Of a DNA stretch of 64,000 nt, positions 26,570 to 40,900 are shown one piece after another (within the stretch, counting starts at the first letter, position 1; the number at the start of each line of letters is the position of its first letter). The position numbers were made by a program, and so were the translations under genes. The notes beneath the pieces were generated by a model. That model searched no databases. It was not told where the DNA came from and saw nothing but the letters and a program-made list of their open reading frames with translations. The DNA is taken from NCBI GenBank assembly GCA_028534125.1, contig CM052817.1, forward strand, positions 52,950,001 to 53,014,000. The letters run 5' to 3'. This stretch comes from Lama glama (taxonomy: Eukaryota).

Positions 26570-27069
26570 NNNNNNNNNNNNNNNNNNNNNNNNNNNNNNN
26601 NNNNNNNNNNNNNNNNNNNNNNNNNNNNNNNNNNNNNNNNNNNNNNNNNNNNNNNNNNNNNNNNNNNNNNNNNNNNNNNNNNNNNNNNNNNNNNNNNNNN
26701 NNNNNNNNNNNNNNNNNNNNNNNNNNNNNNNNNNNNNNNNNNNNNNNNNNNNNNNNNNNNNNNNNNNNNNNNNNNNNNNNNNNNNNNNNNNNNNNNNNNN
26801 NNNNNNNNNNNNNNNNNNNNNNNNNNNNNNNNNNNNNNNNNNNNNNNNNNNNNNNNNNNNNNNNNNNNNNNNNNNNNNNNNNNNNNNNNNNNNNNNNNNN
26901 NNNNNNNNNNNNNNNNNNNNNNNNNNNNNNNNNNNNNNNNNNNNNNNNNNNNNNNNNNNNNNNNNNNNNNNNNNNNNNNNNNNNNNNNNNNNNNNNNNNN
27001 NNNNNNNNNNNNNNNNNNNNNNNNNNNNNNNNNNNNNNNNNNNNNNNNNNNNNNNNNNNNNNNNNNNNN
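26570..27069. other. Assembly gap (500 N)
   Basis: N run. Confidence 1.
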
Positions 27070-27083
27070 ATGGTATTAAATAG

Positions 27084-27500
27084 TGTTATTGGTTGAATTG
27101 GGTCCTGAAAAATTCATATGCTGAAATTCTAACCCCCAGTACCTCAGAATGTGATCTTATTTGGAAATCAAGTCATTGTAAATGTAGTTAGTTAAGATGA
27201 ATTCATACTAGAGTGATGTGGGCTCATAGTCCAATATGACTGGTGTTCTAGTAAAAAGAATGCCGTGTGAAGATACAGACATATTCAAGAGAACACCACG
27301 TGAAGGTTGAAGTTATACTGCCAGTAGCTAGGAGAGAGTCCTGGAATAGATCTTTCTCTGCTACCTTCTGAGGGAGCATATTCCCACTGAGACCTTAGTT
27401 TTTAACTTCTGGCCTCCAGACTGTGAGATAATGAATTTCTGTTACCCAAAGCCACTGAGTTTGTAGCATTCTGTTATGGCAGCATAGGCAAACCGATAGA
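27084..27500 (+). mobile_element. MaLR solo LTR, MLT1C/B-like, full length
   Basis: Start 'tgttattggttgaattg', internal 'cccagtacctcagaatgtga' and 'cttctggcctccagactgtgaga', end 'gttatggcagcataggcaaaccgataga'. Confidence 0.85.
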
Positions 27501-27616
27501 GTTAAATTTACTATTTTGTTTCATACTTAGGAAGCACAAAGATGAAGAGTACATGGTCCCCAAATAATCAGTAAACAGCTTATACAATGATGTTTGATAG
27601 GTATAATGAAGCATGT

Positions 27617-28055
27617 GTGTCTTACGTGAGGTTCTCTGATAAGCGCACCATAAGCTGGACATCCAGGTGCATGTGATTTATTTAGGAAGAACTTGCAGGA
27701 GGAGCCAGAAAGAGTGTGGGGAAGAAATTTAGCAAGGGTTGGGTTCAAGTTAAAGTCCCAGAAGCAACCTAATCTCAGGAGGAGTGCTGAAGTTTATGTC
27801 TCAACTAAAGTCAAGAGCTGGGCTTTTGTACTCCCAAAACAGTCATAGACCACTGGTCACCCAGAATGTGGGGAAGATAATGCAACAGTGCAAGGACAAA
27901 GAGAACCAGACACTTGCAGCCTTCTCTGGAGCAGCAAAATGGTGCCGCGCCAAAGGACAAAACTCTGAAGGTTGCAGATGCTTCTTAGGTAGGGGTGGGA
28001 TGGCACACACAGCTGGAGTGGATCTGGATGGGGCTTGAGGGCCTGATACTCTACA
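27617..28055 (-). mobile_element. Old ERVL LTR (LTR33/LTR16-like)
   Basis: 'gatttatttaggaag' (reverse polyA signal), 'gctgggcttttgtactccc' and end 'ggatctggatggggc...ctaca'. Confidence 0.5.
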
Positions 28056-29980
28056 CAAGATTTTGTGGGAAATCTTATGAGGGGCATGACATTAACTTTA
28101 GGAGGTTGAAGAAAGCTTTTCTGGTGTGAGAGTCTTTTTTTTTTTTTTTTTATTGAGTGTTGAGGTATGTGTACATGTGAATCAGCTGAATGTCAACTTC
28201 ATGATCTTACTTCCATTCTACATTCTATTTACTATTATATTCCCTGGGCATTGAACTTGTGTTTGATTTAATAATGTTTTTCATAGTGTCCAGAAGAGTG
28301 TACTCAAATGTGTGTTAAAAGATTGGAATGTCAAGCCTTTTATTTTCATCAGCCTCATTCTCCTTTTCTTTGTCTATCAGTCACTTCTCTTCTAAAGCAA
28401 ACTTTATTTTTAAACCTATTCCAAGATATTTGCATCTTCATGAAGCTATTTTTGACAATCTACTTCTGTTACATTGTCACTCTGGCATCAAACAACATAA
28501 CAATTTTATCAAAATATGTAAACCCTATTTTAAACACATATTCTAGATGTGTTGTTATAATTAATTTATAATATACATTTGCTTATATATATATATATAT
28601 ACATAAAATATGTTATAATCTTAAACTTTAGAGACTACATTGAGAAGAGGACTTTCACCTGTATCTTAAACTTGATGTTAATAACATGTCAATCACTAGA
28701 AGCAAGGAAATGTTATTTAACCCAGATATACTTTTTAATTGATTCAAGTCATTTAGAGGAAAAAAATACCAAAAGGAAATATTGGAAGCTATAAATGATA
28801 ACAAGTACAGATTAAATGTAAACCATAAATATGAAGTTTATTTGGAAAATGCTTTCTAGAAATCCATTTTATATTAATAGAACAACTGTTTAATTAACTT
28901 TCTGATTATCTGAGAAATTCTTTGTAAAATCTGAATGAAGTTTTCAAATATTTAACAACAATATTAGTCATGGGAGAAAAGTTATACTATATAAAAATCT
29001 TCTCTAAATAGTAGTCCACTTACTTGGTAGATTTTCTGGTTATTTTTCCTTTGAGATTATCAATGTTTTTGTAAGATCTAGAATTACATGTAAATAAATA
29101 TGGATCAAAAGTAAAATTTCACCTTAGACAACAATACATCTAGTAAAAAATGAAAACAGTGGCTAAGACAGGTGATATCAAAGGAGACAACATCTTTGGA
29201 AACAAAGAAAATAGAATTACAAAGAACTACTAGTCTGAAGACCAAAATTTATAAAGACAGAATATATAGAACACAAAGAAATATAATTGATGCTTTTATT
29301 GAAAAGATGCAGTACAAGTTTCACACAGTACAAGTTCACTGGTAACTAATGACTCAAAGGGAAAATAATTAATCAACTCTAAAAACAAAACACCTATTTA
29401 AATAAGTATAAAAAAGTTTTGTACATTCTTTTCTAATTTATTATTAAATGTAGTGCATTAAAATACCTTGTGGCAGTTGCACATATATCTACAAATATAT
29501 TGTAAAACTAAGTTGTAAAACTAAAAATTATTCTAGCTACTTTTCTATTTAAAGCTTTTGTCATTTATCAAATGTTAGCTGACAAGTTGTATAAAAGCCA
29601 TGTGTTAATTAATTATTTCTACCTGAGTGGTTTGTCTTTTACAATAATGTCTGAGACTAAATACTAGATAATTCCACTTCAGTTGGGGGAGTAATTTGTT
29701 TGATCTTGACATCAAATTTTTCAGTACAGTTTGTGAGTTAATTTTAAGAGAATAAAAGGGTTTAGATAACAAACAGCCAGAAGAAATGCCTGGGTATGAG
29801 ATAAAATTACGGACATAAATTGTCTATTTCTTATACCTAAAAATAGAAGAAATATGGAAATTTAAAATTTATTGCCTAAATACACAAGGAAATTTACTAA
29901 TCTATCATTTTAGGATTTTTACATGTTTAATTGGGATAAATTGGAAATCGAATAATAAAACTGTAATAATGAGACATATG

Positions 29981-30500
29981 TGTAGGCTGTTAGCACAACT
30001 GACACCATCTTAGGCCCATTCAGTTCCTACTGTCCTTTCACTGACCCTACCTAGGGTTGTGCTGTGTAGTAAATCTCTTCTCTGTCGTCAAGGGCTTTGT
30101 AGTTAATATTATTTGATGATAGTTAGTTCCAGATGGCCTCTTTGCTCTGTTAGTCTCCAAACAATGATGAAACCTTCTCCGATGTATTCCTGGCTCCCAT
30201 GAGTTGAATTACCCATTTATAAATATTGACTTAGGAATGCATTTCCTGTTTGTAAGCATGTACCCCCCAATACCCTAGGTTAACTATAAAATTGTCCCAG
30301 TAGCCCCTCAGTGGTGCAGAATGCAGCTGTGGATGCTTCTGGATTGTTGCCCACCCCCACCCCCATCCTGCCCTGTGAGTATATTACCCTATCGTAAATG
30401 GATCCATCGATTATGTAGAGCTGCCTGACTTGTTTTCCAGTCTCAATATACTTTCTCAGTTCAGTGGGCACTTTTTGTTTCCGCCATCCTCCAAGATGTA
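29981..30500 (+). mobile_element. Probable solo LTR, family unassigned
   Basis: Abrupt GC-richer block starting TGTAG, with 'ctataaaa' TATA at ~30284; 3' end uncertain. Confidence 0.4.
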
Positions 30501-30559
30501 TGATTTTGTAGGTCCCAGTAATGAAACTCTAAATTATAGTGTTAATTTGAAATTCATTT

Positions 30560-30900
30560 CTCCATCATTCATTTAATTGTGAATATTTTTCAAAAATGTT
30601 TATTAGGCAACTACTTTTCTGGGAATTTTGCAAGACCTGGGGTATACAATGTTGAAAAAGTATATTCTTGATTTCCAGAAGCATAGGGAAGAATGTAATA
30701 GTTGCAGGTAAATGCTATATTGAATCCCAAGTTTGTGATGAAATACTGAGTAGAACATGTGGAAGCACATTAATAAAGTCATTTAACCAGTCTTCCTAAA
30801 GAGAAGTTTCATGTGAAGTGATTGCTGAGTAAAAGTCAGCAAGACCTAAGTAGGAAAGTATTCGGGTATGTTTCAGGAGGGAAACAGGTTACTGGGGAAA
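30560..30900 (-). mobile_element. LINE-2 remnant
   Basis: 'cattcattt...aaatgtttattaggcaactact...caagacctggggtataca'. Confidence 0.5.
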
Positions 30901-32221
30901 CACCAAACAGTCTGGTATGTAGAGACCTCAAGAAAGAATACAGTTTACCAATTAAGGGAAAGAAGAGATTCGTCTTGAAGACTGGTCTTTTTTGACTACA
31001 GGATTTAGATGTTATCTGAGGCTTTAGTGTTTGTGCTTTAGAAGTAGTTGCTGATCATCAAACCCTTAACATTGTTAAACCAGAGAAATGCTAAGCCAGT
31101 TTTTCAATGGCTGAAAAAAACTTACATGTTGTCAAGTATATGTTTAGGTTTTTCTTTTTAATAAGATTTATATTTGGCCAAGTATTGACAATGATTTCTT
31201 CATTTTTTTTAAAATCATATGATAAGCTTCAGAGAACAGGGTTTTTATTAGACTTTTGTTTAGTGCCTTATCCAGTAGCACACATATATATCATTAGCTT
31301 AGTTTTTAAAATTTAATTAAATCATGAGGTGACTGACATAGAGCAGCTTATTCAAGTCAATGCTGTGTCACTCTACTAAAGCCCAGTCATGTCTCCTACA
31401 AATTCATACAAAGAAATACACAGAAAGACCTTCAAGTCATGCACTTCTGAGTATGAGTCATATTTCTTAATGAAGATCAGCATATTGGCTAGTTGCTGCA
31501 TACAGTCCCAAGAATTTTTGAGTCCAATCTTCAGAAATAAGCAGAATTAAGTGCCTGAGCTATCAACAAACAATAAGCAGAGCACTGTCAAGCTGACTAT
31601 GTTTCCTCCCAGTTCCAAACTGGGAACAATGTGGAATTATTTTATATAACACATATTTTTATTTGTTAAATACTGTATCAAAATTTAACATACAGTATAA
31701 AAATGTTGTTCTTTCACGCTCAAATAATTTTATTTCATAGTTTTCAGATATGTAAAATAAAAATTTTAAGGAGTGCTTTATGTAAGTGTTGGACTCCCTT
31801 AACTGCTTTATCAAATAAGCTACGTGTAGTTATGAAGAAATGAGGTATTTCTGTGCTTCTGAAGTACTTTACATTGAGCATAGAGTTTTCAGTCATTGAA
31901 GCCTTTTGTAAACTAATGAGCAGCTCTGACTTTCCACTAAAAAGTCTCTTGCTTCCTCTGCAAATTGTATTTGAAACTAGATGACTTATTTTAAAATAGT
32001 TTTGTCTTGGTAATCATTTTTTACCCTGTATAGAATGGGTGGTGATTTCATAATCTATAAATCTTAAATGAATATTTGAACAAAGAGCACAGATTATTTT
32101 CCTTTGATTACCAGCAGCTTTGCATCCAAACTTGTTTGTGCAATCTACCTCAAATATGTGAAAGAAATCATTTGTAATTGAATGACTTAGGAAAGAGTAT
32201 ATGTCTCAATATAAAATAGCA

Positions 32222-32446
32222 AAATCACTGCAATTGCTTAGGGATGGGGAGTTAGGGATGATGGTTGGGGAATAAGAGAAGTAATAAAGGATGTAGGATT
32301 TCTTTTTGGGTTGATGAAAATGTTCTAAAATTGATCATGATGTTGATACAGGTATCTGTGAATGTTCTAAAAATCATTGAATTATACACTTTAAATGGAT
32401 GAGTTTTATGTTACATAGATTATATTTCAAAAAAGCAGTTAAAAAA
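32222..32446 (+). mobile_element. L1MB-like 3'UTR end
   Basis: 'tttctttttgggttgatgaaaatgttctaaaattgat...attgaattatacactttaaatggatga...ttatatttcaaaaaagcagttaaaaaa'. Confidence 0.8.
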
Positions 32447-32459
32447 TTCCAACCTACTC

Positions 32460-32711
32460 TTCCTGACTTTGAAGGTGGAGGAAGGGGCCATGAGTAAAGA
32501 ACGGTGAATAGTCTTTAATGGGTAGGAAAGACAAGGGAACAGATTCTCCACTAGGGCCACCAGAGACCTAGACCCACCTTGCCAACACTTTGATTTCAAC
32601 CCAGTGAGTGTTATTGTTGACTACTGACTTACAGAACAGTTAAAATAACAAATTTGTGTTGTTGTAAGCCCTTAAGTTTGTGGCTTAAACAAGCAACTAA
32701 AAATGACTACA
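32460..32711 (+). mobile_element. MLT1D-like LTR, 3' half
   Basis: 'ctttgaaggtggaggaaggggccatgag...gaacagattctccactag...aaatttgtgttgttgtaagcccttaagtttgtgg...gactaca'. Confidence 0.8.
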
Positions 32712-34118
32712 CTTTACCCAGGCTACATGACTATATTTGTATCCAGTTATTAGACAAAATTTCCAATAGATTCACAGACAAAAGATTCCCACAATGGATG
32801 GACAAATTCTTTACTAAAATAAGAGGAGGAAGTGATGGTCAGGCAAATATGTTCTATAAGTGTTATAATTTTAAAATAATATAATGTTGACAAGAGTATT
32901 TGCATCATGTGAAACATCAAACCCCAAATTATTTAATTGATATTATTGATTTTTATAGCATAAAGTTAATAAATAATGCATTTATACATTCTTTTTTCTC
33001 TTACCTATTCATTTTATTTATTTTAAAAAAAAGTCTAGGTAGTTATGTTCATCTAAGTTGTAAAATCTAAGTGTCATTTCCTTTTCTATTATTGATTAAT
33101 GAAAAGTAATAGAAAAACTATATTAAGAACATTTTCTTTCCTTTTTGCCTGAAACTTTCTTTAGAATACTTGCACATCATATGGCTAATAATAAACATTT
33201 AGCTTATCTGCTGGGTTTCATCCAAAAAAGATAAATATTTTAAAAAATTAAATCCAAAATCAAAATTTAAACATTTCTTCATAATGCTTATTATAAATAT
33301 TTTGTTCACCATAAAAATTTAACAATGTAATGGTTCTGTTTAAACAGTATCTGTCGTATTCAGTTTCTTACATTTTCTGCTACTTTTTATGTGAGAATAG
33401 TAAGGAAAAGCTTACTACTTCTCAGTTCTTATTTGTGGAACAGTTTATGTTTTAAATTTAAATTAACTTTAAATTAGAGAAGTTAGATTGACCAGTTTAG
33501 AAACTTGTTTAAAAGTTGATCCTGACAATTAAGTACAGAGCATGGAATGCTAATTTATTTGCATAAAATTTCAGTATTTCTCTAAAAAGAACTTACTGGC
33601 ATTTTTTTTACTAGTGAATAGTATTACAAAAATATGTTGGACTAAATGCTTTCAGATATTCTGTTATAGTATGAAAAGCTATTAGTCATTTTGAAATGCT
33701 TCTAAATTGCATTTTAGGTTTTGATCTGCTATGTGGAAGTTAATTCCCAGGTTTTCCAAAAGTGCCTTTGAAACAAAGTTAAAAAAGCATCTGAGGAAGA
33801 TTTATAATATTTTTTAAATGTTTATATCTCTATACAGAGACTAAGAATTTTGAATATAGTGTATTTTTCTTGGTTTCCCAAGTATGTTAATAGCAAATGA
33901 CATATATGAATAAGATGCCATACCTACTGTCTCCCTCATTATTTATATAGTGAAATAGCTTGAGAGTACAATCATTTTTCTTCCTCTCAATGGTAATTAA
34001 AGGAGATTCAAACCTAATCTTTGTCAGTCTGCACTTCTTTCAGTCAATCTTAGCTTTCTTTGTCTTGGCTTGAGTTGGCACTGCGCCTGACAGGCTACAT
34101 CAATAGCTGTTCAGTGTC

Positions 34119-34587
34119 TGTAGAGGCAGTTCCCCATAGACTCAAATTTCCTGCAGGTTTTTGCTGACTCTGCCAAGAATGCAGAGCCTTTACTGCTCAT
34201 TAACTGGACCATTTTTCAGTGTTATGTTTGTAATAAGCAACCTTTAGGGATGGGGTCATGTCTTCCCCTCCACAGATAGCAAGCTTGGTTCTACCTCAGT
34301 GTAAAATTGGGAATCCCTCAGTGCAGTGGTCCTTTCCTGTAGTGTAACCCACTGCCTGTGGAAGCATTCTTCACAGGCCCTTTGATTGAGCCCTGTGGGG
34401 GTTGGGGGAAAGGGGAACTGACACAAACAAATATGAAGCTCTGACTGTTGCTTTTACCATGAGTAGTAAAGTCCTTTATCTCTGACTCAGGAGTCTTGTG
34501 ACTTCTGCTGGTATCCATGAAGCGGTAACTAGCTAGGTTGTAAACTTACAAGTAGGTGAAATCCTACGCTATTCACAATTCTTGATA
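34119..34587 (+). mobile_element. ERVL solo LTR (LTR47/MER76-like)
   Basis: Start 'tgtagaggcagttcccca'; 3' block 'agtaaagtcctttatctctgactcaggagtcttgtgacttctgctggtatccatgaa...ttcacaattcttgata'. Confidence 0.7.
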
Positions 34588-34924
34588 CTAAGGAGGAATT
34601 TCAATGTGGTATTGTGCTACTACAGTATTGGGGACCAAAGAAAAGACCTTGTAAGTGGATGAAATTCAAACTTCTAAGGATAGATTTGCCAGGGATTAAC
34701 TTTTGCCTCCTTGCCAATGCCTGTGTCTTGTCTGATATTTGTCATTTCAAACCAGCTCTGTTTCACATTGAGTTTGGTTCACATTGAGTCCCCATTCTGG
34801 ACCCAGGGACCTCTGGATAAACCAGACTAACTAAATCTGCTTTCTTGATGCATGATTGTGATCCTTTTTTCTCAAGCGTACTTATTAATTACCTTACCTC
34901 ACAGAGAACTGACATTCCCAATTT

Positions 34925-34999
34925 AAGAAAAAAGAAAAGAAAAAAAAGAAAGGAAGGAAGGAAGGAAGAGAGAGAGAAAGAGAGAAAGAGAAAGAAAGA
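34925..34999. repeat. Purine-rich simple repeat (AAAAG/GAAG/GA)
   Basis: Read directly. Confidence 0.85.
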
Positions 35000-36571
35000 C
35001 TTTCATTGTTGCTCTTCTGTAAATTGCAGATCAGTGCCACCTTCTTGAATCAGAAAGCCTAGAATTTTGGAACCTGTTGCTCTTACAAGTGTTTTCATTA
35101 AGATGTTATGGGGCCACTGTTTGTCTTTTTTTAAATTTTTTATTTTTCCTCCCTAGCTGTGCTTCTCCACACCCTTATTCCACCTACAGTATGTAATAAA
35201 TACCATTCAGTATCCTTACATCATCAAGAACTAATTCCCAAATAGATCCTTGTCTCCTCCTCAGCTCATTTGAATGAAATGTATGCAATATGCCCTTAAA
35301 ATATGGAGCTAAATTCACTTATTAAACAAATATTTTCTGAGCCCTTAAATCCTCTATTAGGAAATTAGAATTTAATTTTATCCTTGAGAAGATTCTAGTC
35401 AGTCCTTTAATGAAAACCGTGCTGTCTTCAGAGAAGTGACAGGAAGAAAAAAGATAGTTGAAGGGTAGGTAGAGGGAAGGTAGTAAACTAGGGAAAGGCA
35501 GGAGTGTGTATTAACATCAAGAATAACAGTATAATATGTTGTGCTTAAGTGATACAGGCTTATAAAATTATCATTTACATCACAGTAATGATACATGTAT
35601 TTTTAAAGACTACTAGCCTTCCACAGTTGCAGTGAAATAACCACCTACCCACCCACATCCTATTTGTTTCTGTAAGCCACAAAGGAACTAGAGCCACAAT
35701 AATAAAAAGAAATAGTAGTAGTAGTTAACAGTTATTGAGGGCTCATTATGTGATGATATGATATGGTATGACATGATACAATATAATATATGCCCATAGA
35801 AACCTAACTATGACTTTTTGAACATGAAGTTGCTATTAGTATTAGTCTCGCTTTGAGATGGGGTAGAAGCCAGGTCACATTTTCACAGTCAATTTTATAA
35901 ACTGTATATACCCATTCATATTTCTGATATGTGTGATTTACAGAAGCTGCTGGATGGTACAGGGTAATTTTCCATTTCTAAATGAAGTTCCAAAATGTAT
36001 TGGAACATGTCATATGAATCCAGAGAGAGAAAATATATTAATAGGCAAATGAAGTTCTCTTTTTTCCCATAATTTGAAACTGCCATCATGGAACTTGTCA
36101 AGCTTATTTGTATTCAATTATTCCATTACTCACCTACTTATTGACTTAAAAAAAATGGTGACCATCAACTCTATACTCAGGTGGAAAAGTTAAAATAGTC
36201 TTATAACATGGTTATATACATATAATACATATATATGCATATAACACATACATATTATTTATAATATTTTCTAAAGTTGGGTAAATAGTGTGTTTCTAAG
36301 TAGGCAGTAGTTTGTAATGATGAATAATTTTTTGTATATTCCCCTAAAATGTATTCATTAAATTTTATCTTTGATATGCTGACACATTTCAGTTTTAGTA
36401 AACCATACTGTTGATTGAAAAATGATATTATGTTTGTTTCAGTCTATAAGATGAATATTACATAGTTGTTATGCTTCAGGACACTAAAAAAGGGAGAAAT
36501 CAGGATTTGATCAATTTTATGAAGGTAATATTTAGTAGAGCTGTGTTTTGAATGCAGATTTCTTATAGCCC

Positions 36572-36823
36572 AAGCATGGTCAGGTTCTGGTGAGAGCCCT
36601 CTTCCAGGTTGCAGACTGCTGACTTCTTGTGTCGTCACATGAGGTGGGGGAGGGAGGACGAGAACTTTCTGGGTCCCTTTTCATAAGAGCATTAGTCCCA
36701 TTTATGGAGGCTCCATCCTCATGATCTAAGAACCTCCCACCAGCCCCGCTTGCTAATACTGTTACTTTGGAGGGTTAAGATTTCATCAGGTGAATTTTGA
36801 GGAGACACATTCAGTCCATAACA
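36572..36823 (-). mobile_element. MLT1A-like LTR
   Basis: 'caggttctggtgagagccctcttccaggttgcagactgc...ccctttttcataag-like...gagacacattcagtccataaca'. Confidence 0.8.
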
Positions 36824-36829
36824 ACTGAT

Positions 36830-37860
36830 TTTTGGTGATCTATCTCATTTTCAATACCATTTCTATGTAGACAACTCTCATCTTTACATTATACATCTCT
36901 TCTTTGAACTAGAAGTTCATTTATTCAAATGGCTCTTTGACATCTACATTTGGATGTTGGATAGGCTTCTCAAAATTATGTGTTAAAAGAAACGCCTAAT
37001 CTTTGCAACACTACCTTCAGTTTAGGTTCTGCTATAATTTTGCCCATGTCAGCAAATTGCAAACCCATTTTTTTCTGGAAGAAATTTGTAAGTCATTCTT
37101 GATATCTTTTATTATTTCTTACCTTAATTCCAATCAACTAGGGAAACCTGTTGGCACTTCTTTCACAGTATAAGAATATGACCATTTTTCACCACCTTCA
37201 CTGCTATCATCTTAGTTCAGTTCACTATCATCTCTCACAATGATTATTATAATCCCTTTCCTAGTTGTCTCATAATTGTACCCTTTACCTCCCACATTTT
37301 ATCTCACTAAGCACTGATAATAAATAAGAATAGATTTTTAAAGAAGTGATATAATGAGGGTCATCCTAAGCCAAATTAGGGTTTTAAATTTTGTTTGGAT
37401 AGTGAGGACTCATATGAACCCTATGATCTCTAAAGTTATAGAGAGACTACTCTGGTTTTCATGAAGGGAATGATTTTTGGATGAGCAAATGTGGAAAGGA
37501 ATCAGTAACTATTGCCATTGTTAGGTGAATCATGATTGTGTCTTTGACTAGGTTATTAAAAAAATAAATTAATAGAGTTAAGTGCATTATAATTTGAAAA
37601 GAAGAGAAGATTTACGGATGCCTTATTCATGTGGCAAAAGGGAATGGGTATAATCAAGTATTGATTAAATGTTGAGTAAATCATGATCATTTTTGGAGAT
37701 ATTGACAACTAGGAGGAAAATAGGTTTAGCAGCACTGAATAAAGAATTCAGATTTGGAAATACTAATTTTAGAACCCTATAAATAAAATGAGGAGATATA
37801 TCAATCAGGCATTCTGAAACTTATGTGAGTGGTCAATTCTGAAGCTATGTATTTATATCA
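36830..37860. mobile_element. LINE-2 remnants (plus-strand piece to ~37310, then a minus-strand piece)
   Basis: 'tttgacatctacatttggatg', 'ccttcactgctatcatcttagttcag' and 'gaattcagatttggaaatact'. Confidence 0.55.
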
Positions 37861-40719
37861 AGATATTTACAACTAGATCTGAGGGTTTGGAGGCACTCAA
37901 TAATTATTACCCAGTTTTCCATCCAGGGCCCTAAATAAATTTAAAAATCAAACTGAAAATTTTCTCTCCAGTATTATTATTATTAATTTAAATTTATTTT
38001 ACATTAATTGTGATGACCAAATTAAAATAACATTTAAGATGTCAAGAGAAATATCATAAAGCTATTTTTACCAGTTTTAATTCTTACTCTACATTCTGAA
38101 TGACCAAGTGTTCTCTTTTATGCTCTTGTCTTTGATAAAAGTTAAAAGCTGAAGTTTTTATTTAAAAACAAAAAGTATTTGGAAAAAAAGATTAAAATTA
38201 GCTGAATATCTTTAAATGTCTAGTTCATATTGATAGTCTCAGTTAATTCACATTGAAAAAGCCTTTAACAATTAAGTCATTTTTTAAAAGCCACAATTTG
38301 GATTTATTTATTTTGAATTTGGATACATTTTATATAGTAAATGAAGATTTTTGATAGCATGTTGGAAGATTATTGAAATACTTAACTTGTCAAATAATGA
38401 AGACATTTAATCATCTTGACATAAGTAACAACTCACAGTTAAAAATATTTCAGCATTTTAAAATATAGGTATACATGGCAAAACAATAATTAAAAATTTA
38501 AAACCTCCAAACCACAAAAAATATTAATACCTCAGTTTGCAAGTGGTAAAATACATGCTTGTAATCAAGCCTGTCAAAACCTTAACCATTGATAAGGCCA
38601 ATAAACACTTGAAAATATTGAGAAATTATGTCAATATTTACAAACACATTTTAAAGTTTTCTATGTTATTTACATATAATTTTTAAATAAAAAGTAGATC
38701 TGAATAACTAATTTCAAATTCAGCATTGCTTTGTAATATAAATTTATATCATGTTTTATGAGCAATATAGATTTTGCAAAATGTGCTGCTAGTTGAGTGA
38801 AAGTTTCGTTTAATGCCAATGATATCCTAGGTGAGAGTGACTGTTTTATGCCTTAGAGATTATTATCAAAGCTTGAGTGCAAAGCATTTCAGAATGCACA
38901 TGTGTTGTGATTATACCTTCCTGGGAACTGCATTCAAACACCAGATACATTTTAGCATTCTTGGTATCAATAATTGGAAACTGAGTTTCTGTTCTTTATC
39001 ACATTTTGCTGAGGAAATTCAAAAACATAGCAAATATATTTGTATTGGCAATATAATATGACATTCTGATATTAATGAAAAAGTTCACGAAGTGATAGTA
39101 GTAGGTAAAACAATAGTATTTACTACATAAAGAATAATGATAAAATCTCATATTAAAGCATTGTTTTGAAACCAAAGGTGAGTTAACAATTTTATAGTTA
39201 ATTGCATTGTCATAAGTCCTGACATTTCCATTGATTCTAAATCTTTATTCTTAGAGTCTTGAAGTCAGAAACCACCAAAAATTCAATAACTTTATGAAAA
39301 AAATTAAAACTTAGGAAGATGAAAATAATCTGCTCTAGCTTTTATTTGTTAAAAAATATGAAATGCACCTTTTTTTTAACCCTACTCACAAGTCAGGAAA
39401 CAAAATGCTAAATCAAGTCTAAAACTGTTTTATAATCACACCGTATTCTGTTAAGCTTATCACTGCTACCACCATTTGGCCCAATTAACTATCCATATGT
39501 TACAGACTATTATTAACTATCTTTGATGTAGGGGAAAAAAGTAATAGAATGCTTGCTTAAAAGAGAACAAGATGCATGACCTAAATGGAAAGTTTCAACA
39601 ATGATCAGGTTTATTGTTGTTTAAGTAATGCATTTTAAATTTAGGTTTAAAGCATGTTTTTATTCAGTTTCTTTTCCTTCTCCATTCATCACTTACATTG
39701 AAGGAAGAATTTTTCCCTAATTGTCTCAAGAATCTCAGGACTTCTTTAGTACATCTTCTATCAGTTGAAACTTACTGTATTTGTTCTCTAAGAATGTCTA
39801 TTTATTGATTGAAAGGTTAAAGAAGAGCAAACAATGCTTATGCCCTCCTTGGATATACTCCTTGATAACAAGCAATTTATTTCTTCCTCTTCATGTACTC
39901 CATACTGTCTAATACAATGTCTTGGACATAGTATCATTTAACATATATATATATATATATATATATGAATTTGAAATAGTCTCAAATCATTTCTGAGTGC
40001 CTTCCATGGCCATATATTGTACCAGCACTTAATGTAATTCAGATATCCTAGTTACAATGGCTCACTTTCCCTTACATTATTTAGTAAAATGAGAAATTCA
40101 AATTAACAAGTAACTTTAAATTTTGTGCTGTCTTTTGAGGCAAATTTATAGTTCTTTTGAGCTTCAGTAGTTAGGTTCTTAATACCAAGGACTGAAATAT
40201 TAGGTATCATTTAATAAATTACAAATTCATTATGATGTTCTTATTACAGGTAAAAGAGGCAGATTTTAATTTCCTATTTTAAACAATAATGCAAGAAAAT
40301 AATAAGCTTTATTTTTTCACAATACTATATCATCTTTTGTAACTGGATATGTTTCATGCCCTGATTGACACTTTTGAATGATACATATCTACAGATAAAC
40401 AGATTAGGTAATGTCTTCTTTTGTTTTTAACAATTTGGAAATATTAATATCATAATTTTATAAAGCTGTCTTTTAAGTTAAATTGATTTATTTTAACGTG
40501 TCAAGCTTTATATTCAATAGAATTTATACTTCTTTCTCTGGTGAGGTTAAATTTACATACTTTCAGGTAATAGAAAGTTCTCTTAATAATTTCCAAACAA
40601 ATAAAACCACCCTGTCAATAAAACACCTGCCTAAAGGTAGGATGTGAGGAACAGCAGTACCTTCTCTCACCACATGCTGTGGGAGTTCTGTTTAGGACGG
40701 GAGTTCTGCCTACTTTAAG

Positions 40720-40900
40720 CAAAGCGTAAATCTAAGCATTGTTTAAAATTCATCACATTTAATTCTTTCAATAACTATGTTTAACTATTACTATTGCTAT
40801 TATTAACATTACCAGTTTTAGAGAGGAGGAAAACAGATTCCCTAAATTGCCCTGACATGTGGCTAGCTTTTGTCAGAGCTTAGATTTGAAATTCAGTCAG
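40720..40900 (-). mobile_element. MIR remnant
   Basis: 'atttaattctttcaataactatg...ccagttttagagaggaggaaaacaga...cagagcttagatttgaa'. Confidence 0.55.

Noticed and set aside
26549..27079. 176-aa ORF
   Set aside because: Artefact of translating the N gap.
34762..34790. Short direct repeat ttcacattgagt x2 (similar pairs at ~29310 and ~29500)
   Set aside because: Ordinary slippage duplications with only two units and no spacer array.
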